From positions 252,030,001-252,094,000 of the forward strand of contig OZ024740.1 of assembly GCA_964016885.1 (NCBI GenBank): a DNA stretch of 64,000 bases. The letters run 5' to 3'. Shown piece after piece: positions 1-11,950 of the stretch; within the stretch, counting starts at the first letter, position 1; each line of letters begins with the position of its first letter. This DNA is from Eledone cirrhosa (taxonomy: Eukaryota). The notes below the pieces were generated by a model, which was given only the letters and a program-made list of their open reading frames with translations, did no database searches and was not told the DNA's origin. A program made the translations under genes and the position numbers.

Positions 1-417
1 CTGGATAATATCTCCCCTTGGCCGGCTGGAAATTATGTTCTCTCGGCCGGCTGGAAATTATCTCCCCTTGGCCGGCTGGAAATTATCTCCCCTTGGCCGG
101 CTGGATATTATCTCCCCTTGGCCGGCTGGATGTTATCTCCCCTTGGCCAGCTAGAAATTATCTCCCCTTGGCCGGCTGGAAATTATCTTCCCTTGGCCGG
201 CTGGAAATTATCTCACTTTGGCCGGCTGGATATTATCTCCCCTTGGCCGGCTGGATGTTATGTCCCCTTGGCCGGCTGGATATTATCTCCCCTTGGCCGG
301 CAGGAAATTATATCCCCTTGGCCGGCTGGAATTTATCTCCCCTTGGCCGGCTGGAATTTATCTCCCCTTGGTCGGCTGGAATTTATATCCCCTTGCCCGG
401 CTCGAAAATATCTCCCC

Positions 418-600
418 TAAATTAAATTAAATTAAATTTAATTAAATCAAATTAATTAAATTAATTAATTAATTAATTATATTTTTTTTATTTTATCTAT
501 TTTTTTTTTTTTTGATTACGTTATTAATTAATTAATTAATTATGTAAATTGATTTTATTTCAATTTAATGTAATTTAATTTAATTTAATTTAATTTACTT
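418..600. repeat. Imperfect inverted repeat (foldback) within the AT-rich element
   Basis: The left arm TAAATTAAATCAAATTAATTAAATTAATTAATTAATT has reverse complement AATTAATTAATTAATTTAATTAATTTGATTTAATTTA. This aligns with the right arm AATTAATTAATTAATTATGTAAATTGATTTTATTTCAATTTA, including the ATCAA/TTGAT landmark. Confidence 0.85.
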
Positions 601-782
601 TAATTCAATTCAATTTAATTTAATTTAATTTAATGTAATTTACTTTAATTCAATTTAATTTAATTTAATTTAATTTAATTTAATTTAATTTTATTTTATT
701 TCATTTAAAAAACGAAACGAAACCGGTGTGCCTAAAAAAACAAAAGAAAAGAAACCGGGGTACCTAAAAAATCAAACGAAAC
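419..782. repeat. Representative AT-rich spacer element (about 73 copies in window): (TAAAT)n-TCAA-(TTAA)n / T-rich loop / TTACGTTA / (TTAA)n-TTGA-(ATTTA)n-(ATTTT)n / A-rich CCGG box
   Basis: The same modular order recurs at 898-1193, 1484-1792, 2233-2519, 3134-3393 and onward to 62695-62998. Length varies mainly through pentamer and tetramer copy number. Confidence 0.96.
707..782 (+). repeat. A-rich CCGG box: about 2.5 tandem copies of a ~27-32-bp subrepeat (A6-7..GAAACCGGGG(T/A)ACCT) immediately upstream of each monomer array
   Basis: Consensus AAAAAACGAAACGAAACCGGGGTACCT AAAAAAACRAACGAAAAGAAACCGGGGAACCT AAAAAATCRAACGAAAY, then GAAATTATCTCCCC. Present before nearly every array. Confidence 0.93.
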
Positions 783-3700
783 GAAATTATCTCCCCTTGG
801 CCTGCTGGATATTATCTCCCCTTGGCCAGCTGGAAATAATCTCCCCTTGGCCGGCTGGAAATTATGTCCCCTTGGCCGGCTCGAAATTATCTCCCCTAAA
901 TTAAATTAAATTAAATTAAATTAAATTAAATCAAATTAATTAAATTAATTAATTAATTAATTTTATTTTTTTATTCTAATTATTTTTATTTTTTTTATTA
1001 ATTACGTTATTAATTAATAAATTAATTATGTTAATTGATTTTATTTCAATCCAATGTAATTTAATTTAATTTAATTTAATTTTATTTTATTTTATATTAT
1101 TTTATATTATTTTATATAAAAAACGAAACAAAACCGAGGTGCCTAAAAAAACAAACGAAAAGAAACCGGGGAACCTAAAAAATCAAACGAAACGAAATTA
1201 TCTCCCCTTGGCCGGCTGGATATTATCTCCCCTTGGCCGACTGCAAATTATCTTCTCTAGGCCGGCTGGAAATTATCTCCCCTTGGCCGGCTGGAAATTA
1301 TCTCCCATTGGCTGGCTGGAAATTATCACCCCTAGGCCGGCTGGGAATTAACTCCACTTGGCTGGCTAGAAACTATCTTCCTTTGGCCGGCTGGATATTA
1401 TCTCCCCTTGGCCGGCTGGAAATAATCTCCCCTTGGCCGGCTGGAAATTATGTCCCCTTAGCCGGCTCGAAATTATCTCCCCTAAATTAAATTAAATTAA
1501 ATCAAATTAATTAAATTAATTAATTAATTAATTTTATTTTTTTTATTCTAATCATTTTTATTTTTTTTATTAATTACGTTATTAATTAATTAATTAATTA
1601 TGTTAATTGATTTTATTTCAATCCAATGTAATTTAATTTAATTTAATTTAATTTAATTTAATTTAATTTTATTTTATTTTATTTAAAAAACGAAACGAAA
1701 CCGGGGTACCTAAAAAAACGAACGAAAAGAAACCGGGGTACCTAAAAAAACGAACGAAAAGAAACCGGGGAACCTAAAAAATCGAACGAAATGAAATTAT
1801 CTCCCCTTGGCTTGCTGGAAATTATCTCAACTCGGCCGGCTGGATACTATCTCCCCTTGGCCGGCTGGAAATTATCTCCCCTTGGCCGGCTGGATAATAT
1901 CTCCCCTTGGCCGGCTGGAAATTATGTTCTCTTGGCCGGCTGGAAATTATCTCCCCATGGCCGGCTGGAAATTATCTCCCCTTGGCCGGGTGGATATTAT
2001 CTCCCCTTGGCCGGCTGGCTGTTATCTCCCCTTGGCCAGCTAGAAATTATCTCCCCTTGGCCGGCTGGAAATTATCTTCTCTTGGCCGGCTGGAAATTAT
2101 CTCCCTTTGGCCGGCTGGATATTATCTCCCCTTGGCCGACTGGATATTATCTCCCCTTGGCCGGCTGGAAATAATCTCCCCTTGGCCGGCTGGAAATTAT
2201 GTCCCCTTAGCCGGCTCGAAATTATCTCCCCTAAATTAAATTAAATTAATTAAATTAAATTAAATCAAATTAATTAAATTAATTAATTAATTAATTTTAT
2301 TTTTTTTATTCTAATCATTTTTTTTTTTTTTATTAATTACGTTATTAATTAATTAATTAATTATGTTAATTGATTTTATTTCAATCCAATGTAATTTAAT
2401 TTAATTTAATTTAATTTTATTTTATTTTATTTTATTTTATTTAAAAAACGAAACGAAACCGGGGTACCTAAAAAAACGAACGAAAAGAAACCGGGGAACC
2501 TAAAAAATCGAACGAAATAAAATTATCTCCCCTTGGCTTGCTGGAAATTATCTCAACTCGGCCGGCTGGATACTATCTCCCCTTGGCCGGCTGGAAATTA
2601 TCTCCCCATGGCCGGCTGGAAATTATGTCCCCTTGGCCGGGTGGATATTATCTCCCCTTGGCCGGCTGGATGTTATCTCTCCTTGGCCAGCTAGAAATTA
2701 TCTCCCCTTGGCCGGCTGGAAATTATCTTCTCTTGGCCGGCTGGAAATGATCTCCCTTTGGCCGGCTGGATATTATCTCCCCTTGGCCGGCTGGATATGA
2801 TCTCCCCTTGGCCGGCTGGAAATTATCTCCCCTTGGCCGGTTGGAAATTATCTCCCCTTGGCCGGCTGTAAATTATCTCCCCTTGGCCGGCTGGAAATTA
2901 TCGCCCCTTGGCCGGCTGGATGTTATGTCCCCTTGGCCGGCTCGATGATATTTCCCGTTGGCCAGCAGGAAATTATATCCCCTTGGCCGGCTGGAAATAA
3001 TCTCCCCTTGGCCGGCCGGAAATTATCTCCCTTTGGCCGGCTTGATATTATCTCCCCTTGGCCGGCTGGAATTTATCTCCCCTTGGCCGGCTGGAATTTA
3101 TATCCCTTTGCCCGGCTCGAAAATATCTCCCCTAAATTAAATTAAATTAAATTAAATTAAATCAAATTAATTAAATTAATTAATTAATTCATTTTATTTT
3201 TTTTTATTAATTACGTTATTAATTAATTAATTATGTTAATTGATTTTATTTCAATCCAATGTAATTTAATTTAATTTAATTTAATTTAAATTTATTTTAT
3301 TTTATTTTATTTTATTTAAAAAACGAAACAAAACCGTGTTACCTAAAAAAACAAACGAAAAGAAACTGGGGAACCTAAAAAATCAAACGAAACGAAATTA
3401 TCTCCCCTTGGTCTGCTGGAAATTATCTCCCCTTGGCCGGCTGGATATTATCTCCCCTTGGCCGACTGCAAATTATCTTCTCTTGGCCGGCTGGAAATTA
3501 TCTCCCTTTGGCCGGCTGGAAATTATCTCCCCTTGGCCGGCTGGAAATTAGCTCCCATTGGCTGGCTGGAAATTATCACCCCTAGGCCGGCTGGGAATTA
3601 ACTCCACTTAGCTGGCTAGAAACTATCTTCCCTTGGCCGGCTGGATATTATCTCCCCTTGGCCGGCTGGAAATAATCTCCCCTTGGCCGGCTGGAAATTA

Positions 3701-6700
3701 TGTCCCCTTAGCCGGCTCGAAATTATCTCCCCTAAATTAAATTAAATTAATTAAATTAAATTAAATTAAATCAAATTAATTAAATTAATTAATTAATTAA
3801 TTTTATTTTTTTTATTCTAATCATTTTTATTTTTTTTATTAATTACGTTATTAAATAATTAATTAATTATGTTAATTGATTTTATTTCAATCCAATGTAA
3901 TTTAATTTAATTTAATTTAATTTAATTTAATTTAATTTAATTTTATTTTATTTTATTTAAAAAACGAAACGAAACCGGGGTACCTAAAAAAACGAACGAA
4001 AAGAAACCGGGGAACCTAAAAAATCGAACGAAATGAAATTATCTCCCCTTGGCTTGATGGAAATTATCTCAACTCGGCCGGCTGGATACTATCTCCCCTT
4101 GGCCGGCTGGAAATTATCTCCCCTTAGCCGGCTGGAAATTATCTCCCCTTGGCCGGCTGGATAATATCTCCCCTTGGCCGGCTGGAAATTATCTTCTCTT
4201 GGCCGGCTGGAAATTATCTCCCTTTGGCCGGCTGGATATTATCTCCCCTTGGCAGGCTGGATATGATCTCCGCTTGGCCGGCTGGAAATTATCTCCCCTT
4301 GGCCGGTTGGAAATTATCTCCCCTTGGCCGGCTGGAAATTATCTCCCCTTGGCCGGCTGGAAATTATAGCCCCTTGGCCGGCTGGATGTTATGTCCCCTT
4401 GGCCGGCTGGATATTATCTCCCCTTGGCCGGCAGGAAATTATATCCCCTTGGCCGGCTGGAAATAATCTCCCCTTGGCCGGCCGGAAATTATCTCCCTTT
4501 GGCCGGCTGGATATTATCTCCCCTCGGCCGGCTGGAAATTATCTCCCCTTGGCCGGCTGGAATTTATATCCCTTTGCCCGGCTCGAAAATATCTCCCCTA
4601 AATTAAATTAAATTAAATTAAATTAAATCAAATTAATTAAATTATTTAATTAATTATGTAAATTGATTTTATTTCAATTTAATGTAATTTAATTTAATTT
4701 AATTTACTTTAATTCAATTCAATTTAATTTAATTTAATTTAATTTAATTTAATTTACTTTAATTCAATTTAATTTAATTTAATTTAATTTAATTTAATTT
4801 TATTTTATTTCATTTAAAAAACGAAACGAAACCGGTGTGCCTAAAAAAACAAAAGAAAAGAAACCGGGGAACCTAAAAAATCAAACGAAACGAAATTATC
4901 TCCCCTTGGCCTGCTGGATATTATCTCCCCTTGGCCAGCTGGAAATAATCTCCCCTTGGCCGGCTGGAAATTATGTCCCCTTGGCCGGCTCGAAATTATC
5001 TCCCCTGAATTAAATTAAATTAAATTAAATTAAATTAAATTAAATCAAATTAATTAAATTAATTAATTAATTTTATTTTTTTTATTCTAATTATTTTTAT
5101 TTTTTTTTTATTAATTACGTTATTAATTAATTAATTAATTATGTTAATTGATTTTATTTCAATCCAATGTAATTTAATTTAATTTTATTTTATTTTATTT
5201 TATTTTATATTATTTTATATTATTTTATTTAAAAAAGGAAACTAAACCGAGGTACCTAAAAAAACAAACGAAAAGAAACCGGGGAACCTAAAAAATCAAA
5301 CGAAACGAAATTATCTCCCCTTGGCCGGCTGGATATTATCTCCCCTTGGCCGACTGCAAATTATCTTCTCTAGGCCGGCTGGAAATTATCTACCCTTGGC
5401 CGGCTGGAAATTATCTCCCATTGGCTGGCTGGAAATTATCACCCCTAGGCCGGCTGGGAATTAACTCCACTTGGCTGGCTAGAAACTATCTTCCTTTGGC
5501 CGGCTGGATATTATCTCCCCTTGGCCGGCTGGAAATAATCTCCCCTTGGCCGGCTGGAAATTATGTCCCCTTAGCCGGCTCGAAATTATCTCCCCTAAAT
5601 TAAATTAAATTAAATTAAATTAAATTAAATTAAATCAAATTAATTTAATTAATTAATTAATTAATTTTTTTTTTTTTATTCTAATCATTTTTATTTTTTT
5701 TTATTAATTACGTTATTAATTAATTAATTATGTTAATTGATTTTATTTCAATCCAATGTAATTTAATTTAATTTAATTTAATTTAATTTAATTTAATTTT
5801 ATTTTATTTTATTTTATTTAAAAAACGAAACGAAACCGGGGTACCTAAAAAAACGAACGAAAAGAAACCGGGGAACCTAAAAAATCGAACGAAATGAAAT
5901 TATCTCCCCTTGGCTTCATGGAAATTATCTCAACTCGGCCGGCTGGATACTATCTCCCCTTGGCCGGCTGGAAATTATCTCCCCTTAGCCGGCTGGAAAT
6001 TATCTCCCCTTGGCCGGCTGGATAATATCTCCCCTTGGCCGGCTGGAAATTATGTTCTCTTGGCCGGCTGGAAATTATCTCCCCATGGCCGGCTGGAAAT
6101 TATCTCCCGTTGGCCGGGTGGATATTATCTCCCCTTGGCCGGCTGGATGTTATCTCCCCTTGGCCAGCTAGAAATTATCTCCCCTTGGCCGGCTGGAAAT
6201 CATCTTCTCTTGGCCGGCTGGAAATTATCTCCCTTTGGCCGGCTGGATATTATCTCCCCTTGGCCGGCTGGATATGATCTCCCCTTGGCCGGCTGGAAAT
6301 TATCTCCCCTTGGCCGGTTGGAAATTATCTCCCCTTGGCCGGCTGTAAATTATCTCCCCTTGGCCGGCTGGAAATTATCGCCCCTTGGCCGGCTGGATGT
6401 TATGTCCCCTTGGCCGGCTGGATATTATCTCCCCTTGGCCGGCAGGAAATTATATCCCCTTGGCCGGCTGGAAATAATCTCCCCTTGGCCGGCCGGAAAT
6501 TATCTCCCTTTGGCCGGCTTGATATTATCTCCCCTCGGCCGGCTGGAAATTATCTCCCCTTGGCCGGCTGGAATTTATCTCCCCTTGGCCGGCTGGAATT
6601 TATATCCCTTTGCCCGGCTCGAAAATATCTCCCCTAAATTAAATTAAATTAAATTAAATTAAATCAAATTAATTAAATTAATTAATTAATTCATTTTATT

Positions 6701-9700
6701 TTTTTTATTCTAATTATTTTTATTTTTTTTTATTAATTACGTTATTAATTAATTATGTTAATTGATTTTATTTGAATCCAATGTAATTTAATTTAATTTA
6801 ATTTAATTTAATTTAATTTAATTTTATTTTATTTTATTTAAAAAACGAAACAAAACCGTGTTACCTAAAAAAACAAACGAAAAGAAACTGGGGAACCTAA
6901 AAAATCAAACGAAAAGAAACTGGGGAACCTAAAAAATCAAACGAAACGAAATTATCTCCCCTTGGTCTGCTGGAAATTATCTCCCCTTGGCCGGCTGGAT
7001 ATTATCTCCCCTTGGCCGACTGCAAATGATCTTCTCTTGGCCGGCTGGAAATTATCTCCCTTTGGCCGGCTGGAAATTATCTCCCCTTGGCCGGCTGGAA
7101 ATTATCTCCCATTGGCTGGCTGGAAATTATCACCCCTAGGCCGGCTGGAAATTAACTTCACTTGGCTGGCTAGAAACTATCTTCCCTTGGCCGGCTGGAT
7201 ATTATCTCCCCTTGGCTGGCTGGAAATAATCTCCCCTTGGCCGGCTGGAAATTATGTCCCCTTAGCCGGCTCGAAATTATCTCCCCTAAATTAAATTAGA
7301 TTAATTAAATTAAATTAAATTAAATCAAATTAATTAAATTAATTAATTAATTAATTTTATTTTTTTTATTCTAATCATTTTTATTTTTTTATATTAATTA
7401 CGTTATTAATTAATTAATTAATTATGTTAATTGATTTTATTTCAATCCAATGTAATTTAATTTAATTTAATTTAATTTAATTTAATTTTGTTTTATTTTA
7501 TTTTATTTTATTTAAAAAACGAAACGAAACCGTGGTACCTAAAAAAACGAACGCAAAGAAACCGGGGAACCTAAAAAATCGAACGAAATGAAATTATCTC
7601 CCCTTGGCTTGCTGGAAATTATCTCAACTCGGCCGGCTGGATACTATCTCGGCTTGGCCGGCTGGATATTATCTCCCCTTGGCCGGCTGGATGTTATCTC
7701 CCCATGGCCAGCTAGAAATTATCTCCCCTTGGCCGGCTGGAAATTATCTTCTCTTGGCCGGCTGGAAATTATCTCCCTTTGGCCGGCTGGATATGATCTC
7801 CCCTTGGCCGGCTGGATATGATCTCCCCTTGGCCGGCTGGAAATTATCTCCCCTTGGCCGGTTGGAAATTATCTCCCCTTGGCCGGCTGGAAATTATCTC
7901 CCCTTGGCCGGCTGAAAATTATAGCCCCTTGGCCGGCTGGATGTTATGTCCCCTTGGCCGGCTGGATATTATCTCCCCTTGGCCGGCAGGAAATTATATC
8001 CCCTTGGCCGGCTGGAAATAATCTCCCCTTGGCCGGCCGGAAATTATCTCCCTTTGGCCGGCTGGATATTATCTCCCCTCGGCCGGCTGGAAATTATCTC
8101 CCCTTGGCCGGCTGGAATTTATATCCCTTTGCCCGGCTCGAAAATATCTCCCCTAAATTAAATTAAATTAAATTAAATCAAATTAATTAAATTAATTAAT
8201 TAATTATGTAAATTGATTTTATTTCAATTTAATGTAATTTAATTTAATTTAATTTACTTTAATTCAATTCAATTTAATTTAATTTAATTTAATTTAATTT
8301 AATTTACTTTAATTCAATTTAATTTAATTTAATTTAATTTAATTTAATTTTATTTTATTTCATTTAAAAAACGAAACGAAACCGGTGTGCCTAAAAAAAC
8401 AAAAGAAAAGAAACCGGGGAACCTAAAAAATCAAACGAAACGAAATTATCTCCCCTTGGCCTGCTGGATATTATCTCCCCTTGGCCAGCTGGAAATAATC
8501 TCCCCTTGGCCGGCTGGAAATTATGTCCCCTTGGCCGGCTCGAAATTATCTCCCCTGAATTAAATTAAATTAAATCAAATTAATTAAATTAATTAATTAA
8601 TTAATTTTATTTTTTTTATTCTAATTATTTTTATTTTTTTTTATTAATTACGTTATTAATTAATTAATTAATTAATTATGTTAATTGATTTTATTTCAAT
8701 CCAATGTAATTTAATTTAATTTAATTTAATTTAATTTAATTTAATTTAATTTAATTTAATTTAATTTAATTTAATTTCATTTAATTTAATTTTATTTTAT
8801 TTTATTTAATTTTATTTAAAAAACGAAACAAAACCGGGGTACCTAAAAAACAAACGAAAATAAACCGGGGAACCTAAAAAATCAAACGAAATGAAATTAT
8901 CTCCCCTTGGTCTGCTGGAAATTATCTCCCCTTGGCCGGCTGGATATTGCCTCCCCTTGGCCGACTGCAAATTATCTTCTCTTGGCCGGCTGGAAATTAT
9001 CTCCCTTTGGCCGGCTGGAAATTATCTCCCCTTGGCCGGCTGGATATTATCTCCCTTTGGCTGGCTGGAAATTATCACCCCTAGGCCGGCTGGGAATTAA
9101 CTCCACTTGGCTGGCTAGAAACTATCTTCCCTTGGCCGGCTGGATATTATCTCCCCTTGGCCGGATGGAAATAATCTCCCCTTGGCCGGCTGGAAATAAT
9201 GTCCCCTTAGCCGGCTCGAATTTATCTCCCCTAAATTAAATTAAATTAATTAAATTAATTAATTAATTAATTTTATTTTTTTTATTCTAATTATTTTTAT
9301 TTTTTTTTATTAATTACGTTATTAATTAATTAATTAATTATGTTAATTGATTTTATTTCAATCCAATGTAATTTAATTTAATTTAATTTTATTTTATTTT
9401 ATTTTATATTATTTCATTTTATTTTATTTTATTTTATTTTATTTAAAAAACGAAACGAAACCGGGGTACCTAAAAAAACGAACGAAAAGAAACCGGGGAA
9501 GCTAAAAAATCGAACGAAATGAAATTATCTCCCCTTGGTTTGCTGGAAATTATCTCAACTCGGCCGGCTGGATACTATCTCCCCTTGGCCGGCTGGAAAT
9601 TATCTCCCCTTAGCCGGCTGGAAATTATCTCCCCTTGGCCTGCTGGATAATATCGCCCCTTAGCCGGCTGGAAATTATTTTCTCTTGGCCGACTGGAAAT

Positions 9701-9819
9701 TATCTCCCCTTGGCCGGCTGGAAATTATCTCCCCTTGGCCGGCTGGATATTATCTCCCCTTGGCCGGCTGGATGTTATCTCCCCTTGGCCAGCTAGAAAT
9801 TATCTCCCCTTGGCCGGCT

Positions 9820-11950
9820 GGAAATTATCTTCTCTTGGCCGGCTGGAAATTATCTCCCTTTGGCCGACTGGATATTATCTCCCCTTGGCCGGCTGGATAT
9901 GATCTCCCCTTGGCCGGCAGGAAATTATATCCCCTTGGCCGGCTGGAAATAATCTCCCCTTGGCCGGCCAGAATTAATCTCCCTTTGGCCGGCTGGATAT
10001 TATCTCCCCTTAGCCGGCTTGAAATTATCTCCCCTTGGCCGGCTGGATATTATCTCCCCTCGGCCGGCTGGAAATTATCTCCCCTTGACCGGCTGGAATT
10101 TATCTCCCCTTGGCCGGCTGGAATTTATATCCCCTTGACCGGCTGGAAATAATCTCCCCTTGCCCGGCTCGAAAATATCTCCCCTAAATTAAATTAAATT
10201 AAATTAAATTAAATCAAATTAATTAAATTAATTAATTAATTAATTATATTTTTTTTATTTTATTTATTTTCATTTTTTTTTATTAATTACGTTATTAATT
10301 AATTAATTAATTATGTAAATTGATTTTATTTCAATGTAATGTAATTTAATTTAATTTAATTTAATCGAAATTATCTCCCCTTGGCCTGCTGGAAATTATC
10401 TCCCCTTGGCCGGCTTGATATTATCTTCCCTTGGCAGGCTGGAAATTATCTCCCCTTGGCCGGCTGGAAATATACTCCCCTTGGCCGGCTGGAAATTATC
10501 TCCCCTTGGCCGGCTCGATATTATCTCCCCTAGGCCGGCTGGAAATTATCTCCCCTTGGCCGGCTGGAATTTATCTCCCCTTGGCCGGCTGGAATTTATA
10601 TTCCCTTGGCCGGCTGGAAATAATCTCCCCTTGCCCGGCTCTAAAATATCTCCCCTAAATTAAATTAAATTAAATTAAATTAAATCAAATTAATTAAATT
10701 AATTAATTAATTAATTATATTTTTTTTATTTTATTTTTTTTTATTTTTTTTTATTAATTACGTTATTAATTAATTAATTAAATATGTAAATTGATTTTAT
10801 TTCAATTTAATGTAATTTAATTTAATTTAATTTAATTTAATTTACTTTAATTCAATTCAATTTAATTTAATTTAATTTAATTTAATTTAATTTTATTTAA
10901 AAAACGAAACGAAACCGGTGTACCTAAAAAAACAAACGAAAAGAAACCGGGGAACCTAAAAAATCGAACGAAATGAAATTATCTCCCCTTGGCTTGCTGG
11001 AAATTATCTCCCCTTAGCCGGCTGGAATTTATCTCCCCTTGGCCGGCTGGATATTATGTCCCCTTAGCCGGCTGGAATTTATCTCCCCTTGGCCGGCTGG
11101 ATATTATCTCCCCTTGGCCGGCTGGTAATTATCTCCCCTTGGCCGGCTGGAAATTATCTCCCCTTAGCCGGCTGGAATTTATCTCCCCTTGGCCGGCTGG
11201 ATATTATCTCCCCTTGGCCGACTGGAAATTATCTTCTCTTGGCCGACTGGAAATTATCTCCCCTTGGCCGGCTGGAAATTATCTCCCCTTGGCCGGCTGG
11301 ATATTATCTCCCCTTGGCCGGCTGGATATTATCTCCCCTTGGCCAGCTAGAAATTATCTCCCCTTGGCCGGCTGGAAATTATCTTCTCTAGGCCGGCTGG
11401 AAATTATCTCCCTTTGGCCGGCTGGAAGTTATCTCCCCTTGGCTGGCTGGATATTATCTCCCATTGGCCGACTGGAAATTATCTCCCCTTAACCGGCTGG
11501 AAATTATCTCCCCTTGACCGGCACGAAATTATCTCCCCTAAAGTAAATTAAATCTAATTAATTAAATTAATTAATTAATTATTTATATTTTTTTTATTTT
11601 ATTTATTTTTTTTTTTTTATTAATTACGTTATTAATTAATTAATTAATTATGTAAATTGATTTTATTTTAATTTAATTTAATTTAATTTACTTTAATTCA
11701 ATTTAATTTAATTCAATTTAATTTAATTTTATTTTATTTCATTTAAAAAACGAAACGAAACCGGTGTGCCTAAAAAACAAAAGAAAGAAACCGGGGAACC
11801 TAAAAAATCGAACGAATCGAAATTAACTCCCCTTGGCCTGCTGGAAATTATCTCCCCTTGGCCGGCTGAAAATTAGCTCCCTTTGGCCGGCTGGATACTA
11901 TCTCCCCTTGGCCGGCTGTAAATTATCTCCCCTTGGGCGGCTGGAAGTTA
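9820..11950 (+). repeat. Segment duplicated at ~26770-29105, with one array differing by 200 bp (8 monomers)
   Basis: Shared rare variants (ggccagaattaatc, box-less spacer, aaattaactcccc). The offset is 16950 before and 17150 after the 10367/27317 array. Confidence 0.88.

Larger units (their letters stand above)
1..6190 (+). repeat. Segment duplicated at ~54857-61040 (whole) and ~44837-49300 (first ~4.4 kb)
   Basis: Identical ORF-track translations at near-constant offsets (18/44854/54874; 1139/45975/55995; 3336/48168/58192), near-identical ones at 5346/60201 and 5910/60765, and shared rare variants (tttgattacg, ctcgatgatatttcccg). Confidence 0.93.

Noticed and set aside
419-782. Calling the AT element a bona fide MITE or Helitron
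   Set aside because: The inverted repeat is low-complexity and not terminal at the right end, there is no transposase, and no independent insertion sites are visible. It is kept only as a hypothesis in findings.
419-897. Origin of the 25-bp monomer from the 5-bp periodicity seen in the spacer (TAAAT, ATTTA, ATTTT, CGAAA)
   Set aside because: The monomer's five pentamers (GGAAA TTATC TCCCC TTGGC CGGCT) are not similar to each other, so 25 = 5 x 5 may be coincidence.
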